Source: Candidatus Latescibacterota bacterium (GTDB lineage Bacteria > Latescibacterota > UBA2968 > UBA8231). Taken from it: a stretch of 64,000 bases of DNA. The notes under the pieces are model-generated. The model ran no database searches and was not told the DNA's origin. It saw only the letters and a list, made by a program, of their open reading frames with translations. Shown here in pieces: positions 20,157 through 29,070 of the stretch; within the stretch, counting starts at the first letter, position 1; each line of letters opens with the position of its first letter. The stretch is from the NCBI GenBank assembly GCA_965217585.1, contig OZ244561.1, forward strand, positions 5,728,001 through 5,792,000, given 5' to 3'. The position numbers and the translations under genes were made by a program.

Positions 20157-20540
20157 TTAGTGTTCTTGTAGAGTTCCAGATTCAAAAGGGTTCAATAATG
20201 ACAATTCCTGAATCCACTGAAAATCCTCCACATTGCGAGTTACCAACGTCAGTTCGTGTATTAGCGCAGTCCCGGCTACGAGGGCATCACCAAGGGACAT
20301 TTTCCGCTGTTGTCGGAGGGCCACTGCTCGGTCGAGGACATCTTGCGAAAGGGGTAGGACCTGCGCCAAGCGAAAAAATGCCTCCAGGTATTGCCGCTCC
20401 TCGTCATCGAGTTGATGATACCCGAGGACTTCTACGTAACTGACGGCTGAAATGGCCGGCGCATACTCAACAATCAACTGTCTCAGATGAGCATGTATAG
20501 GTTGGGATGCATAGATAAGAATGTTGCTGTCAATGAGCAC
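20157..20540 (-). CDS. vapC: VapC-type PIN toxin
   Basis: GTG start; LIDSNILIY, EVLG, LGDALVAGTAL, LVTRNVEDF. Confidence 0.88.
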   Translation of the reverse strand: MLIDSNILIYASQPIHAHLRQLIVEYAPAISAVSYVEVLGYHQLDDEERQYLEAFFRLAQVLPLSQDVLDRAVALRQQRKMSLGDALVAGTALIHELTLVTRNVEDFQWIQELSLLNPFESGTLQEH

Positions 20541-20803
20541 TACTCTTCGCGCTCCGGCAATACGCGATCTCGGCGGAGCGCGCGTTGCCACTTGGCAGGG
20601 TCAGCAATCGCGGAAAACGCGCCGCATTCCGCTAGCTTTTCAAGTATGGCCGCCATAGCGCGTCCTCTTGCGTCCATCTCGGCAGACCTCGCTTGCTCCG
20701 GCACCATTACATGGACCTGCAACGGCACGTCTTTCTGAGGTTCTGGTGCTTCTTCGAGCCACTCGAGGCGGTCCCCGTGGAGGAGTGCTCTATAGCTACG
20801 CAT
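20540..20803 (-). CDS. Putative antitoxin for the VapC
   Basis: 87-aa ORF overlapping the vapC start, with a VapB-like tail ADPAKWQRALRRDR. Confidence 0.7.
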   Translation of the reverse strand: MRSYRALLHGDRLEWLEEAPEPQKDVPLQVHVMVPEQARSAEMDARGRAMAAILEKLAECGAFSAIADPAKWQRALRRDRVLPEREE

Positions 20804-20840
20804 GACAATCTCCTGAGACTTGCCGGCCCAGCGGCATACA

Positions 20841-22268
20841 TCAAAACTTATCGACCGGCATCTGCCGGCATTCGCGGATGAAGACTTCGGCTTCGCGGTC
20901 ATAGATGAGAAAGGGATCGTCGAGGCTGAGGAACTTATCGTCGCCCACGCAAATGGAGTCCCAATCAATTTGGTAGCGCGCTTTCTGGTCGGTCAGCGCC
21001 CTCATCACTCGGGAGCGGGCGCGAGCGCGGGTATTGGCCGGGGGATGCGTGATGGCTTGGTTGATCTGTTCGTCGCTGACGATTCGCTTGACCAACCCGC
21101 GCTCGTACAGATCGAAATAGAGGCTCCGCGTCGTGTTGAGATTGTGGTATTCCAAATCCAAACTTTGGATCCACGTATCCTGCCAGTCCAATCCCTCTTC
21201 CCGCATGAAGTACTCCAGCAGCCACTTCTTGGCCACCCAATCGACGCGATCGACCAAGCACCCGGGATCGTGTTCTAAGGCGTCGATGACAAAGCGCCAC
21301 TCGTCCAACACCCAATCACCCTCTTCGTCCCGGCCGCGCAGATAGCGCTCGGCCAAGTTGAGATACGTGCGCTGTATCTCCGTAGCAGTGGTATAGCGGC
21401 CGTCCTCTAGCTGCACCTCCCAGCGATAGGTCATGTCGCGCGAGATGTCGCGGATGGCTTGCACCGGGTCGAGGAGTTTGATGTCGTCGCAGATCACGCG
21501 CTCTTGCTCTTCCAAAAGCTGCAACACCAAAGCCGTGGTGCCCACTTTCAGGGCCGTGGCGTACTCCATCATATTCGAGTCACCCACGAGCAGGTGCAAG
21601 CGGCGGTACAGCCCCCAATCGGCCAGCGGCTCGTCGCGCGTGTTGATGATCGCGCGACTGAACTGGATCCACTGGTAGATCTCGGTGACGATGTGATCGG
21701 CCCGCTGCGAGAGTTGGAATTCAACGCCTTCGTCCTCGGCATTGCCGTACTCGAAAATATCCGTGTGGCAACCGACTCGGCCAGCGCCGGCGAATATCTG
21801 GCGGGTGACGAAAAAGGGCAGCATGGTCGGCAGCAGCACTTGTGAAAACGGCACCTCGCGCCGCACGAGGTAGTTTTCGTGGCAGCCAAAAGTAGCCCCT
21901 GTGTAGTGGTCGATATTGTTCTTGAAAAAGGCCGCGCTATCGGCCAAGCCAAGCTGATCTAGTGCGCGCTGCACCAACCGCTCGCCGGCCCGATCGGCGG
22001 CCACCAAATCAAAAAGGCCGGTGCATTCTGGGGTGGCGTACTCGACGTGGCCCATGTCGATGTACACGCGCCCACCGTTGAAGAGAAAGCCGCCGTTGCC
22101 GGGCGGCTCGTCGCGGCCCCGATAGTGCATATCGACAATGCCCAAGCCCTCGCGGTAGAACACGCAGTCCTTGGCCTTTATCGACACGAAATCGGGACTC
22201 AAAAAGGGATCCGAAGCCGGCGGCAGACAGCCGTACTCGGTCTCTATCCCGTATATGCGATCTTCCAT
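20841..22268 (-). CDS. pafA: PafA-like Pup/UBact-protein ligase
   Basis: RIYGIETEYG, NGGRVYIDMGHVEYATPEC, FGCHENYL, IINTRDEPLAD, RRLHLLVGDSN, LDLEYH. Last gene of the proteasome operon. Confidence 0.85.
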   Translation of the reverse strand: MEDRIYGIETEYGCLPPASDPFLSPDFVSIKAKDCVFYREGLGIVDMHYRGRDEPPGNGGFLFNGGRVYIDMGHVEYATPECTGLFDLVAADRAGERLVQRALDQLGLADSAAFFKNNIDHYTGATFGCHENYLVRREVPFSQVLLPTMLPFFVTRQIFAGAGRVGCHTDIFEYGNAEDEGVEFQLSQRADHIVTEIYQWIQFSRAIINTRDEPLADWGLYRRLHLLVGDSNMMEYATALKVGTTALVLQLLEEQERVICDDIKLLDPVQAIRDISRDMTYRWEVQLEDGRYTTATEIQRTYLNLAERYLRGRDEEGDWVLDEWRFVIDALEHDPGCLVDRVDWVAKKWLLEYFMREEGLDWQDTWIQSLDLEYHNLNTTRSLYFDLYERGLVKRIVSDEQINQAITHPPANTRARARSRVMRALTDQKARYQIDWDSICVGDDKFLSLDDPFLIYDREAEVFIRECRQMPVDKF

Positions 22269-22269
22269 A

Positions 22270-23031
22270 CTAGACCTCGAAGTAGGAAGCGAGTGGCTCG
22301 GCTAGCTGTTCCGAGGTGAGCAGGCGGAACTTCGACTTGGCATCGCGCTCGCGGTCGAGCACTGCGGCCTCGATGGTCAGCCCTTGCAAACCGCCCTTGA
22401 GAAAATCGCGCACCGCCTCCGCGCTAGGCACCTCTCCATCGCGGGCGTCGAGAGTCAACCGGCCCAATCCCCACACCTCCAACGCCGTGCCCAAGGCTTG
22501 GCTGAGGGGCAACTCTGGGTCGGCCGTTTGCAGTTGTGCCGCCATGGCCTGCGTACTCTCCGCGCTACCGCTGAGAGCCGCCGTCCCGCCGCTCCGGGCA
22601 AAGGACCCATCGGCGTCAATGGTGAAAAAGGCGTCGCCGTCGCCGTCTGGGTCTAGCTCGGCCATCATTACGCGGGCGATGAAGGGCGAGCGAAAGAGCT
22701 CGTCGAAAGCCGCCTTCATCAGCGGGCCAATGCCAAAGCTGACCAGCCGCTGCAAGGTCACGTCGTTGGCCGACAGATTGAATCCCTCGAGATGGGCGAT
22801 GTCGATGACGGCTTTGCGCAGCTTCTCAATGTCGGACGGGTGCCCCACGGCCGCGAAGGCGATCTCGTCGTACACCTCGAAGAGCTTGCGCGGGCCTGGA
22901 GTAGCCGTCAGTAGCAGCACCCCGTCGGCATACGTCGTACCCACCACCGGACTGCCACTCGCGAGCTGGTCTTCCAAGTATTCGCGGCGGTTGTTGATGG
23001 CCTCGACCCAGCGATAAGGTTCCTCTAACAT
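22270..23031 (-). CDS. prcA: 20S proteasome alpha-like subunit
   Basis: GSPVVG...DGVLL...KLFEVYDEIAFAAVG and IEAAVLDR; follows the beta subunit. Confidence 0.82.
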   Translation of the reverse strand: MLEEPYRWVEAINNRREYLEDQLASGSPVVGTTYADGVLLLTATPGPRKLFEVYDEIAFAAVGHPSDIEKLRKAVIDIAHLEGFNLSANDVTLQRLVSFGIGPLMKAAFDELFRSPFIARVMMAELDPDGDGDAFFTIDADGSFARSGGTAALSGSAESTQAMAAQLQTADPELPLSQALGTALEVWGLGRLTLDARDGEVPSAEAVRDFLKGGLQGLTIEAAVLDRERDAKSKFRLLTSEQLAEPLASYFEV

Positions 23032-23036
23032 GCGCC

Positions 23037-23795
23037 TCAAGCCCTTTGGTAGACCGCGGCCAGCTCTGCTTCGGGCACGACACTCAAGCCCGCGGCCGTC
23101 ACCTGCACGACCTGGGGGAAGATGTGCGCGGCCTCGCGGAAGCCGCCGGTAGCAGTGTCGTATTCAGCGGCCGTCTCCAGCATCTTGAGCAACAGTTCGA
23201 CAGCCTGCTCCCCGGCCATTTCCCGCAGTGGCTGCGGCCCCCAGCGGTTTTGGTAGTACAGCGCGCCGCGCACAATGTGTGCGCCCGACCCGGTGGCGCA
23301 GAAATCCACACACTCGAACTCGGCCCCCAAGAGGTCGTAAAAGAAAATTTTGCCCTCCGCGGCCGCGTGGTCAAAGGCCGAGAAGATCGGCACCACCGCG
23401 CCAATCCCCTGCATGGCCAGCGGCAAGTTCTGGCGCAACAGCCGCGACAAAGTCCGCACCTTGCCGTCCAAGCTCAGCCCTTGGAGCTGGCTGCGGCGGT
23501 AGTACTGCACCGACATTTCCAGCATGCGCGCAATGTCCCACGCCACCGCCGGCGAGCCGGCAATGGCCATGACCGCGTCGTCGTCGATGATCAGCACTTT
23601 GTCGGCGCGGTCGTACACCACCGAGTTGCCCATGGTGGCGCGGCGGTCGCCGGCTACCACCACCCCGTCGGCGCAGCGCACCGCTACAATCGTGGTGCCC
23701 TCGACCGGCTGCAAAGACGCTTCCGGCGCGGCGACCGGGGCGGGGGGCAAAAGCTCCCGCTCCTTGAGCAAGTCGAGGAAGTCGCAGCTTTCCAT
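23037..23795 (-). CDS. prcB: 20S proteasome beta subunit with propeptide
   Basis: Autoprocessing site EG|TTIVA (Thr1), AGDRRATMG, ATGSG, DTATGG. Confidence 0.9.
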   Translation of the reverse strand: MESCDFLDLLKERELLPPAPVAAPEASLQPVEGTTIVAVRCADGVVVAGDRRATMGNSVVYDRADKVLIIDDDAVMAIAGSPAVAWDIARMLEMSVQYYRRSQLQGLSLDGKVRTLSRLLRQNLPLAMQGIGAVVPIFSAFDHAAAEGKIFFYDLLGAEFECVDFCATGSGAHIVRGALYYQNRWGPQPLREMAGEQAVELLLKMLETAAEYDTATGGFREAAHIFPQVVQVTAAGLSVVPEAELAAVYQRA

Positions 23796-23801
23796 CGGCA
23801 G

Positions 23802-23990
23802 CTACTGTCCGGTGCGCTGGCGGTAGCGACGGGCCTGATTCGGATCTACTCGGCGCATCCGCTTGAGGATGTCGTCCGTGCTGGGGCGCTCGACCCGCGG
23901 CCGGCGCGGGCCGGTATCTGGCTCCTCACCGTCGTCGATCGGCTTGGTCGGCCGGGGCGCGCGCTCCCGGTAGTGGATAAAATCGCTCAT
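23802..23990 (-). CDS. ubact: Ubiquitin-like modifier UBact (Pup analogue)
   Basis: 62 aa with a Pro/charge-rich N-terminus, ILKRMRRVDP and C-terminal YRQRTGQ (R[ST]G[EQ]). Lies between dop and prcB; SD GGAGGTG. Confidence 0.88.
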   Translation of the reverse strand: MSDFIHYRERAPRPTKPIDDGEEPDTGPRRPRVERPSTDDILKRMRRVDPNQARRYRQRTGQ

Positions 23991-25531
23991 GGTGACACCT
24001 CCGGTTTCGGGTTTCTACCCAATCTGGCGAGCAAATCCTCGACGCTCGCAGCCGCGTCTAAGACTGCGTTATAATAAGCCGCTGTCTCCCTGCTGACACA
24101 AGCCTTGAGGTCGATGACCTCGGAGCGGCCGCCGATGGCCAGCTCAATGCTGTCCCAATTGAGCGAGCGCACTGCGGCGGCAAATTTCTGTAACATCTTG
24201 CCGCGGAAATAGGCCCGCGTGTCCCCGGGCGGATCGACCAACGCCCGGCACACCGCCTCCTCAGAGACGACGCGCTCTACTTGGCCTGTGGCTTCGAGCG
24301 TCGAATATAGCCCCTCAGCCGGGTCAATGTTGTGGTATTCGAGGTCTTGGCTTTGCAGCCAAGCGCGGTCCTCCGGTCGTTCCCAATCGAGGCCCTCGGA
24401 CTCGGCAAACGCATCCAAAAGCCACTTTTTGGTCACCCAATCGAGGCGTCCAATCAGCTCTTGCGGGTCGCGCGAGAGAGAGTCCAACACGTCGCGCCAA
24501 GCCGCGAGGACCCAATCTGTCTCCTCGTCGCGGCCCTGAAAAATCCGCGCCGCCGCCGCCATAATGGCCGTCTGTATCTCCAGCGCCGAACTCGACCCTC
24601 CCCCGAACAAGGCCACCGGCCACTGCTGGGACTCGTCGCGGGAAATGGCCTTGAGCGCACCAATGGGATCGGCCAATGCAAGCGCGGGCAACGCGCCGAC
24701 CTCTAGCAGGTCCAACACCAAGGAAGCTGTGCCGACCTTGAGCGCGGTGGCGTATTCGCACATGTTGGCGTCGCCGATGATCAGGTGCAGGCGGCGGTAG
24801 AGCGCTGGGTCGGCGTGCGGCTCGTCGCGGGTGTTGACCAGCGGGCGGCGGTGCATGGTATCAACGCTGGCGATGACCTCGAAAAAGTCCGCGCGCTGGG
24901 TTAGCTGGTAGGTGGCGGCCCGCGCCCGGGAGTCCTGTTCGACGCCGACTTTGCCGGCCCCGGCAAAAATTTGCCGCGTAACCACAAAGGGCAGCAGCCC
25001 GTTGATCACCTGCTGGAAGGGCATGTCGCGGCTGAGCAGGAAGTTCTCGTGACAGCCGTAGCTGTGCCCCTCGAAGTCGGTGTTGTTTTTGTACAAGCGC
25101 ACCACGCCCCGACCGCGGTCCTTGCTGCGCTGGCGTGCGCACTGGAGGAGAATTCGCTCCCCGGCGCGATCGACGGCTACCAAGTCGCGGAGGCTATAGC
25201 ATTCTGGGGTGGAAAATTCCGGGTGAGTGTGGTCGTTGTAGAGGCGGGCACCGTTGTGGAGGATCAGGTCGCTTTTGAGGTCCGCTAGCTGAATCCGGCG
25301 CTGGCGATCCTTTTGCAAGTGGACGATCTCGTCCTTGTCGTTGCGGAGTTCGGCGACCTCAAAGCCGCGCATGTCGAGCCGCGGGTTTTCGAGCGCGTAA
25401 TTCCAGAGGGCGACAAAATCCTGGTGCACATAGCAGCGGATCAGCTCCATGGACTCTACCACCACGTCCATGGACTCGCCCTCACCAACCTGGATGCCGT
25501 ATTCGGTTTCTAGCCCGCAGAGACGCTGCAT
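23987..25531 (-). CDS. dop: Dop-like deamidase/depupylase (PafA2)
   Basis: GLETEYG, Dop-loop W..ENPRLDMRGF, NGARLYNDHTHPEFSTPE, SYGCHEN, LVNTRDEPHAD. Confidence 0.85.
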   Translation of the reverse strand: MQRLCGLETEYGIQVGEGESMDVVVESMELIRCYVHQDFVALWNYALENPRLDMRGFEVAELRNDKDEIVHLQKDRQRRIQLADLKSDLILHNGARLYNDHTHPEFSTPECYSLRDLVAVDRAGERILLQCARQRSKDRGRGVVRLYKNNTDFEGHSYGCHENFLLSRDMPFQQVINGLLPFVVTRQIFAGAGKVGVEQDSRARAATYQLTQRADFFEVIASVDTMHRRPLVNTRDEPHADPALYRRLHLIIGDANMCEYATALKVGTASLVLDLLEVGALPALALADPIGALKAISRDESQQWPVALFGGGSSSALEIQTAIMAAAARIFQGRDEETDWVLAAWRDVLDSLSRDPQELIGRLDWVTKKWLLDAFAESEGLDWERPEDRAWLQSQDLEYHNIDPAEGLYSTLEATGQVERVVSEEAVCRALVDPPGDTRAYFRGKMLQKFAAAVRSLNWDSIELAIGGRSEVIDLKACVSRETAAYYNAVLDAAASVEDLLARLGRNPKPEVSP

Positions 25532-25539
25532 GAGCTGAG

Positions 25540-27234
25540 TCAGATCACCTGGCCGACGCGCTTTTCCGCTGCCTTTTCCGGCTGAGGTCTAACAGGTATT
25601 ACCCGCACCACGTTCTCCGGCTCGTAGTCGAGCAGCTTGAGCCAGTCCTCGACGCTGTCCGAGGGTGGGAACACCTCGTTCTCGCGGTATTCGGCCCGCG
25701 TGGCCCGCCGCAGATCCTCGGCGCGGATCCCGCCTTCCGGGTCGTCCTCGGCAATGGCGCGCTTGATCGCCATTTCCTTGGCCCGCGATACGACCGAGGC
25801 GATGATGGCCCCGGAAGTCAGGTTGCCGCGGTAGAGCACTTCCTGGCGACCGCTGCGCAGCGACACCTCCAAGAAGCGCGCCTCTTCGTCTTTGGAAAAC
25901 AACTCGTTCAGGCCCTCCTGTATCAGGGCCTCGCGCGCCGCCGCGGCACCGCCGTGCTGCTCCACCTCGGCGCGATCGAGTGGCAGCTCGGGCTTGAGGT
26001 AAATCCGCAAAATGTCGCCGGCCGCCTCGTAGTTGGGGCGCGCAACCTTGATCTTGCGGTCAATGCGGCCGGGCCGGAGCACGGCCGGGTCAATCAGGTC
26101 GTGGCGGTTGGAGGCCAAAATTAGCACCACGTCGTGCAGCGACTCAATGCCGTCCATCTCAGTGCAAAACATCGGTACGACCGTGTTGGAGATGTTGTGG
26201 CTGCGCATCGAGCGGCGGGTGCCCAAGATCGACTCGGCTTCGTCGATAAAGACAAAGGGCAAATAACCTTCCTTGCGCTTTTGGCGCGCCTGGGCAAAGA
26301 CCTCGCGCACCATGCGCTCGGTCTCGCCGAGCCACATATTGAGGATCTCCGGCCCCTTGATGTGCATGAAGTACTCCTCCAGCTCCAGTCCCTCGACCTC
26401 GCGCATGTGCTGCACCAAGTTGTACGCCGTGGCCTTGCCGATGAGGGTCTTGCCGCAGCCCGGAGGGCCGTAGAGCAGGAAGCCCTTGGGCGTCGAGTAC
26501 TCGAAGCGCTCGAAGAGCTGGGGGTGCAACGCGGGTAGCTCAATGGTGTCGCGGATGGCCTCAATTGCTTCGGCTTGGCCGCCGATGCTTTCCCAAGGGG
26601 TCGGGAGGACGTCTTCGATGAAGTACTCCTTGCTCTCGGCGGACTGCAAAACTTCCAGCGCGACCTTGTAGGCCGGGTCCATCCGCACCTCGTCGCCGAT
26701 TTGCAAGTCCGCGTCGGCCAATTCCGCGGCGCGCTCCACGACCACCTCTTGGGTGCCGTGCGCTTGGGTGATCCGCAACCGGCCGCCCGCGAGCAGATCT
26801 CCGACCTTGGCCACCGGCCCAGAGGGGCTGTGCCCCAAGTTGCCGACGACCGCGTAGGCTTCGTTTACCAGTACCCGGCAGCCGACTTTGAGCTGGGTTG
26901 CATCGACGCGCGGGTCGATGTTGGCATAGTACTCGGCACTGCCGACGAAGACCGTGGCAATCCCCTCGCTCGGCATGCCGAGGAAGATGCCGACGCGGTT
27001 GGCCGGTGCCGTCACCTTCTCTAGGGCGGCTTCCATCTCCACGAGGGCCCGGCGCGCCTCCTGAAAGGAAATCTCCCGCTCCATGAGCTGGCGCCGGAGG
27101 CGGTACAGCAAGGGCCGGGCCGGGTCGCGGTCTGGAGCTAGCGCGAGTAGCTGATCGACCAAGCGCAACGGCTCGGCGGTCTGCTCCTCCGGCTCTTGGG
27201 ATTTATCGTATTCGTGCGATTCTCTGCGGTTCAT
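25540..27234 (-). CDS. arc: Proteasome-associated AAA ATPase ARC/Mpa
   Basis: N-terminal coiled coil plus OB region; GPPGCGKT, IKGPEILNMWLGETE, FIDEAES, RPGRIDRKI. Confidence 0.9.
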   Translation of the reverse strand: MNRRESHEYDKSQEPEEQTAEPLRLVDQLLALAPDRDPARPLLYRLRRQLMEREISFQEARRALVEMEAALEKVTAPANRVGIFLGMPSEGIATVFVGSAEYYANIDPRVDATQLKVGCRVLVNEAYAVVGNLGHSPSGPVAKVGDLLAGGRLRITQAHGTQEVVVERAAELADADLQIGDEVRMDPAYKVALEVLQSAESKEYFIEDVLPTPWESIGGQAEAIEAIRDTIELPALHPQLFERFEYSTPKGFLLYGPPGCGKTLIGKATAYNLVQHMREVEGLELEEYFMHIKGPEILNMWLGETERMVREVFAQARQKRKEGYLPFVFIDEAESILGTRRSMRSHNISNTVVPMFCTEMDGIESLHDVVLILASNRHDLIDPAVLRPGRIDRKIKVARPNYEAAGDILRIYLKPELPLDRAEVEQHGGAAAAREALIQEGLNELFSKDEEARFLEVSLRSGRQEVLYRGNLTSGAIIASVVSRAKEMAIKRAIAEDDPEGGIRAEDLRRATRAEYRENEVFPPSDSVEDWLKLLDYEPENVVRVIPVRPQPEKAAEKRVGQVI

Positions 27235-27294
27235 GTTTCAATCCGCCCCCTCGCCGCTTCACCGCGCCTTTAGGCGTGACAGCAAGGGAAAATA

Positions 27295-28008
27295 CTAGTA
27301 GATAACGTCGCCGAGACGCCCGTAGCGCACTCGGCTAGGCAGGCGCCAAATAAAGCTGGCCACCACCGCGGGCAGCGAACTCAAGTCACTGTAGTACGGC
27401 CCGCGGGTGTCGGGCTCCCACGACCAATAGATGTTCATGGCCTTGCCCTTGATCAACCGCTTGGGCACGGCGCGAATGTAACGGCTGTCGTGACTGTTGT
27501 CGCGGTTGTCGCCCATCATAAAGAAATGGTCTTCGGGCACGATATAGGGGCCGAAATTATCGCGGGAGCTGCGCGCCGCCGGATAGTACATGCGGTCGGC
27601 GTACTTGGCCAACGGCGGGTCTTGCACTGGCTCGCCATCGACGTAGAGCACCTTGTTGATGATGTGCACGCGCTGTCCCCCTACGGCGACGCAGCGCTTG
27701 ATCAAGTCGCGCCCTTCGTCCTGCGGAGAGCGGAAAATCACGATGTCCCCGGGCTGCGGTTCCCTGAGCGAGGGTAGGCGGAAGAGGGAAATGCTCGTCA
27801 GGGGCACATCGACCGGAACGCCGTAGACAAACTTGTTGGCCAGCAGATAATCGCCCACCAAGAGCGTATCTTCCATCGAGCTAGAAGGGATGTAAAAGGC
27901 CTGCACCACACTGGTGCGAATGACCAGAAACAAACCCACGACGGTCAGTATAGAATACAGGTATTGGCCGAGTTCAGACTTTTGCTTGGCGTGCTTCATC
28001 CGCAGCAT
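27295..28008 (-). CDS. lepB: Signal peptidase I
   Basis: Transmembrane helix, IPSSSMEDTLLVGD (Ser), DLIKRC (Lys), MGDNRDNSHDSR. Confidence 0.92.
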   Translation of the reverse strand: MLRMKHAKQKSELGQYLYSILTVVGLFLVIRTSVVQAFYIPSSSMEDTLLVGDYLLANKFVYGVPVDVPLTSISLFRLPSLREPQPGDIVIFRSPQDEGRDLIKRCVAVGGQRVHIINKVLYVDGEPVQDPPLAKYADRMYYPAARSSRDNFGPYIVPEDHFFMMGDNRDNSHDSRYIRAVPKRLIKGKAMNIYWSWEPDTRGPYYSDLSSLPAVVASFIWRLPSRVRYGRLGDVIY

Positions 28009-28056
28009 CTCCTCAGACCTGAGTATAACAAACTACCCCCCTAGCCGCCATTTGGC

Positions 28057-29052
28057 TTACCGCTGCGGCACCTTCACTACCTGTCCGGTTTCCCAGCTTT
28101 CGATGAGCGACTCAATTACGAGTTGGACCCGTAAGGCGTCCGCCCCTTTGGCATCCACCTGCGAAGGCGGGACTTGGTTGAGCAAGTCGTCGATCCAAGC
28201 GTTGATGCGCGCCGGAAAGGTATCCCCAAAGCCACCCATGCCCCCGAGGTGATCGTAGCTTTCCACCTCCCGCGAAAAGCGCGGGTAAAACGTCAGCTTC
28301 TCGCATGCTTCATTGATAATGATCCGTCCCTCCGAGCCGACCAATTCCAAGGTCTCCAAGCCGTAGCTTCCCCCGGCGTCGTACGACCCGGTCAAATGCC
28401 CGATGACGCCATTCTCGTACAGCAGGTTCGCCTGCACATTGGACCAGATCTGCCGCCCTTTTCCTTTCTTGAAAAAGGCCTGTGCCCGATCCACTCCTCC
28501 GGCGAAATAGCTCATCACGTCCAGTGAGTGCGGGTGCAGGGCGCGGATGTGGAACCACGGGCTCGACTCGTTGGGATTGTTGATCCACATCGTCATGTTG
28601 ATTATCTGTAGCTCGCCGAGCCGCCCGTTGGCCAGCCATTCCTTGGCCTTGACGGCTGCGGGCGTGAAACGGTGGTTCAGATTGATCCCGTAGGGCAACT
28701 GCTTTTCTTCGGCCAAGGCCACCATCTCCCGCGCCTTGGGAATTTCATTGGAAATCGGCTTCTCGCCCAGCACCGGAATGCCGGCCCGCAAAAGCTCCAT
28801 CGTCGGCTCGTAGTGATCACCCCCGTTCTCCACCCCGGCCGTGGTCACCGAACAGGCGTCGAGCCGCAGGCCGCTGGCGATCATCTGCTCGATCGAGTAA
28901 AAGGCCTGCGCCCCGTAGCGCTCGGCCGCAGCATCCGCCTGCTCTTCGATCATATCGCACACGGCGACGACCTTTGCGTTCTCGTTTGCAGTGTAGCAGC
29001 GGGCGTGGTTGTTGCCAATTCCACCCATGCCGACAATACCAATATGAAGCAT
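28057..29052 (-). CDS. Gfo/Idh/MocA oxidoreductase
   Basis: IGIVGMGGIG, LGEKPI, NHRFTP. Confidence 0.88.
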   Translation of the reverse strand: MLHIGIVGMGGIGNNHARCYTANENAKVVAVCDMIEEQADAAAERYGAQAFYSIEQMIASGLRLDACSVTTAGVENGGDHYEPTMELLRAGIPVLGEKPISNEIPKAREMVALAEEKQLPYGINLNHRFTPAAVKAKEWLANGRLGELQIINMTMWINNPNESSPWFHIRALHPHSLDVMSYFAGGVDRAQAFFKKGKGRQIWSNVQANLLYENGVIGHLTGSYDAGGSYGLETLELVGSEGRIIINEACEKLTFYPRFSREVESYDHLGGMGGFGDTFPARINAWIDDLLNQVPPSQVDAKGADALRVQLVIESLIESWETGQVVKVPQR

Positions 29053-29070
29053 CGCAAACTCCTTTTTAAT

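Noticed and set aside
23802-23990. Calling the modifier Pup
   Set aside because: It lacks the Pup GG[EQ] end and has the UBact RTGQ signature.
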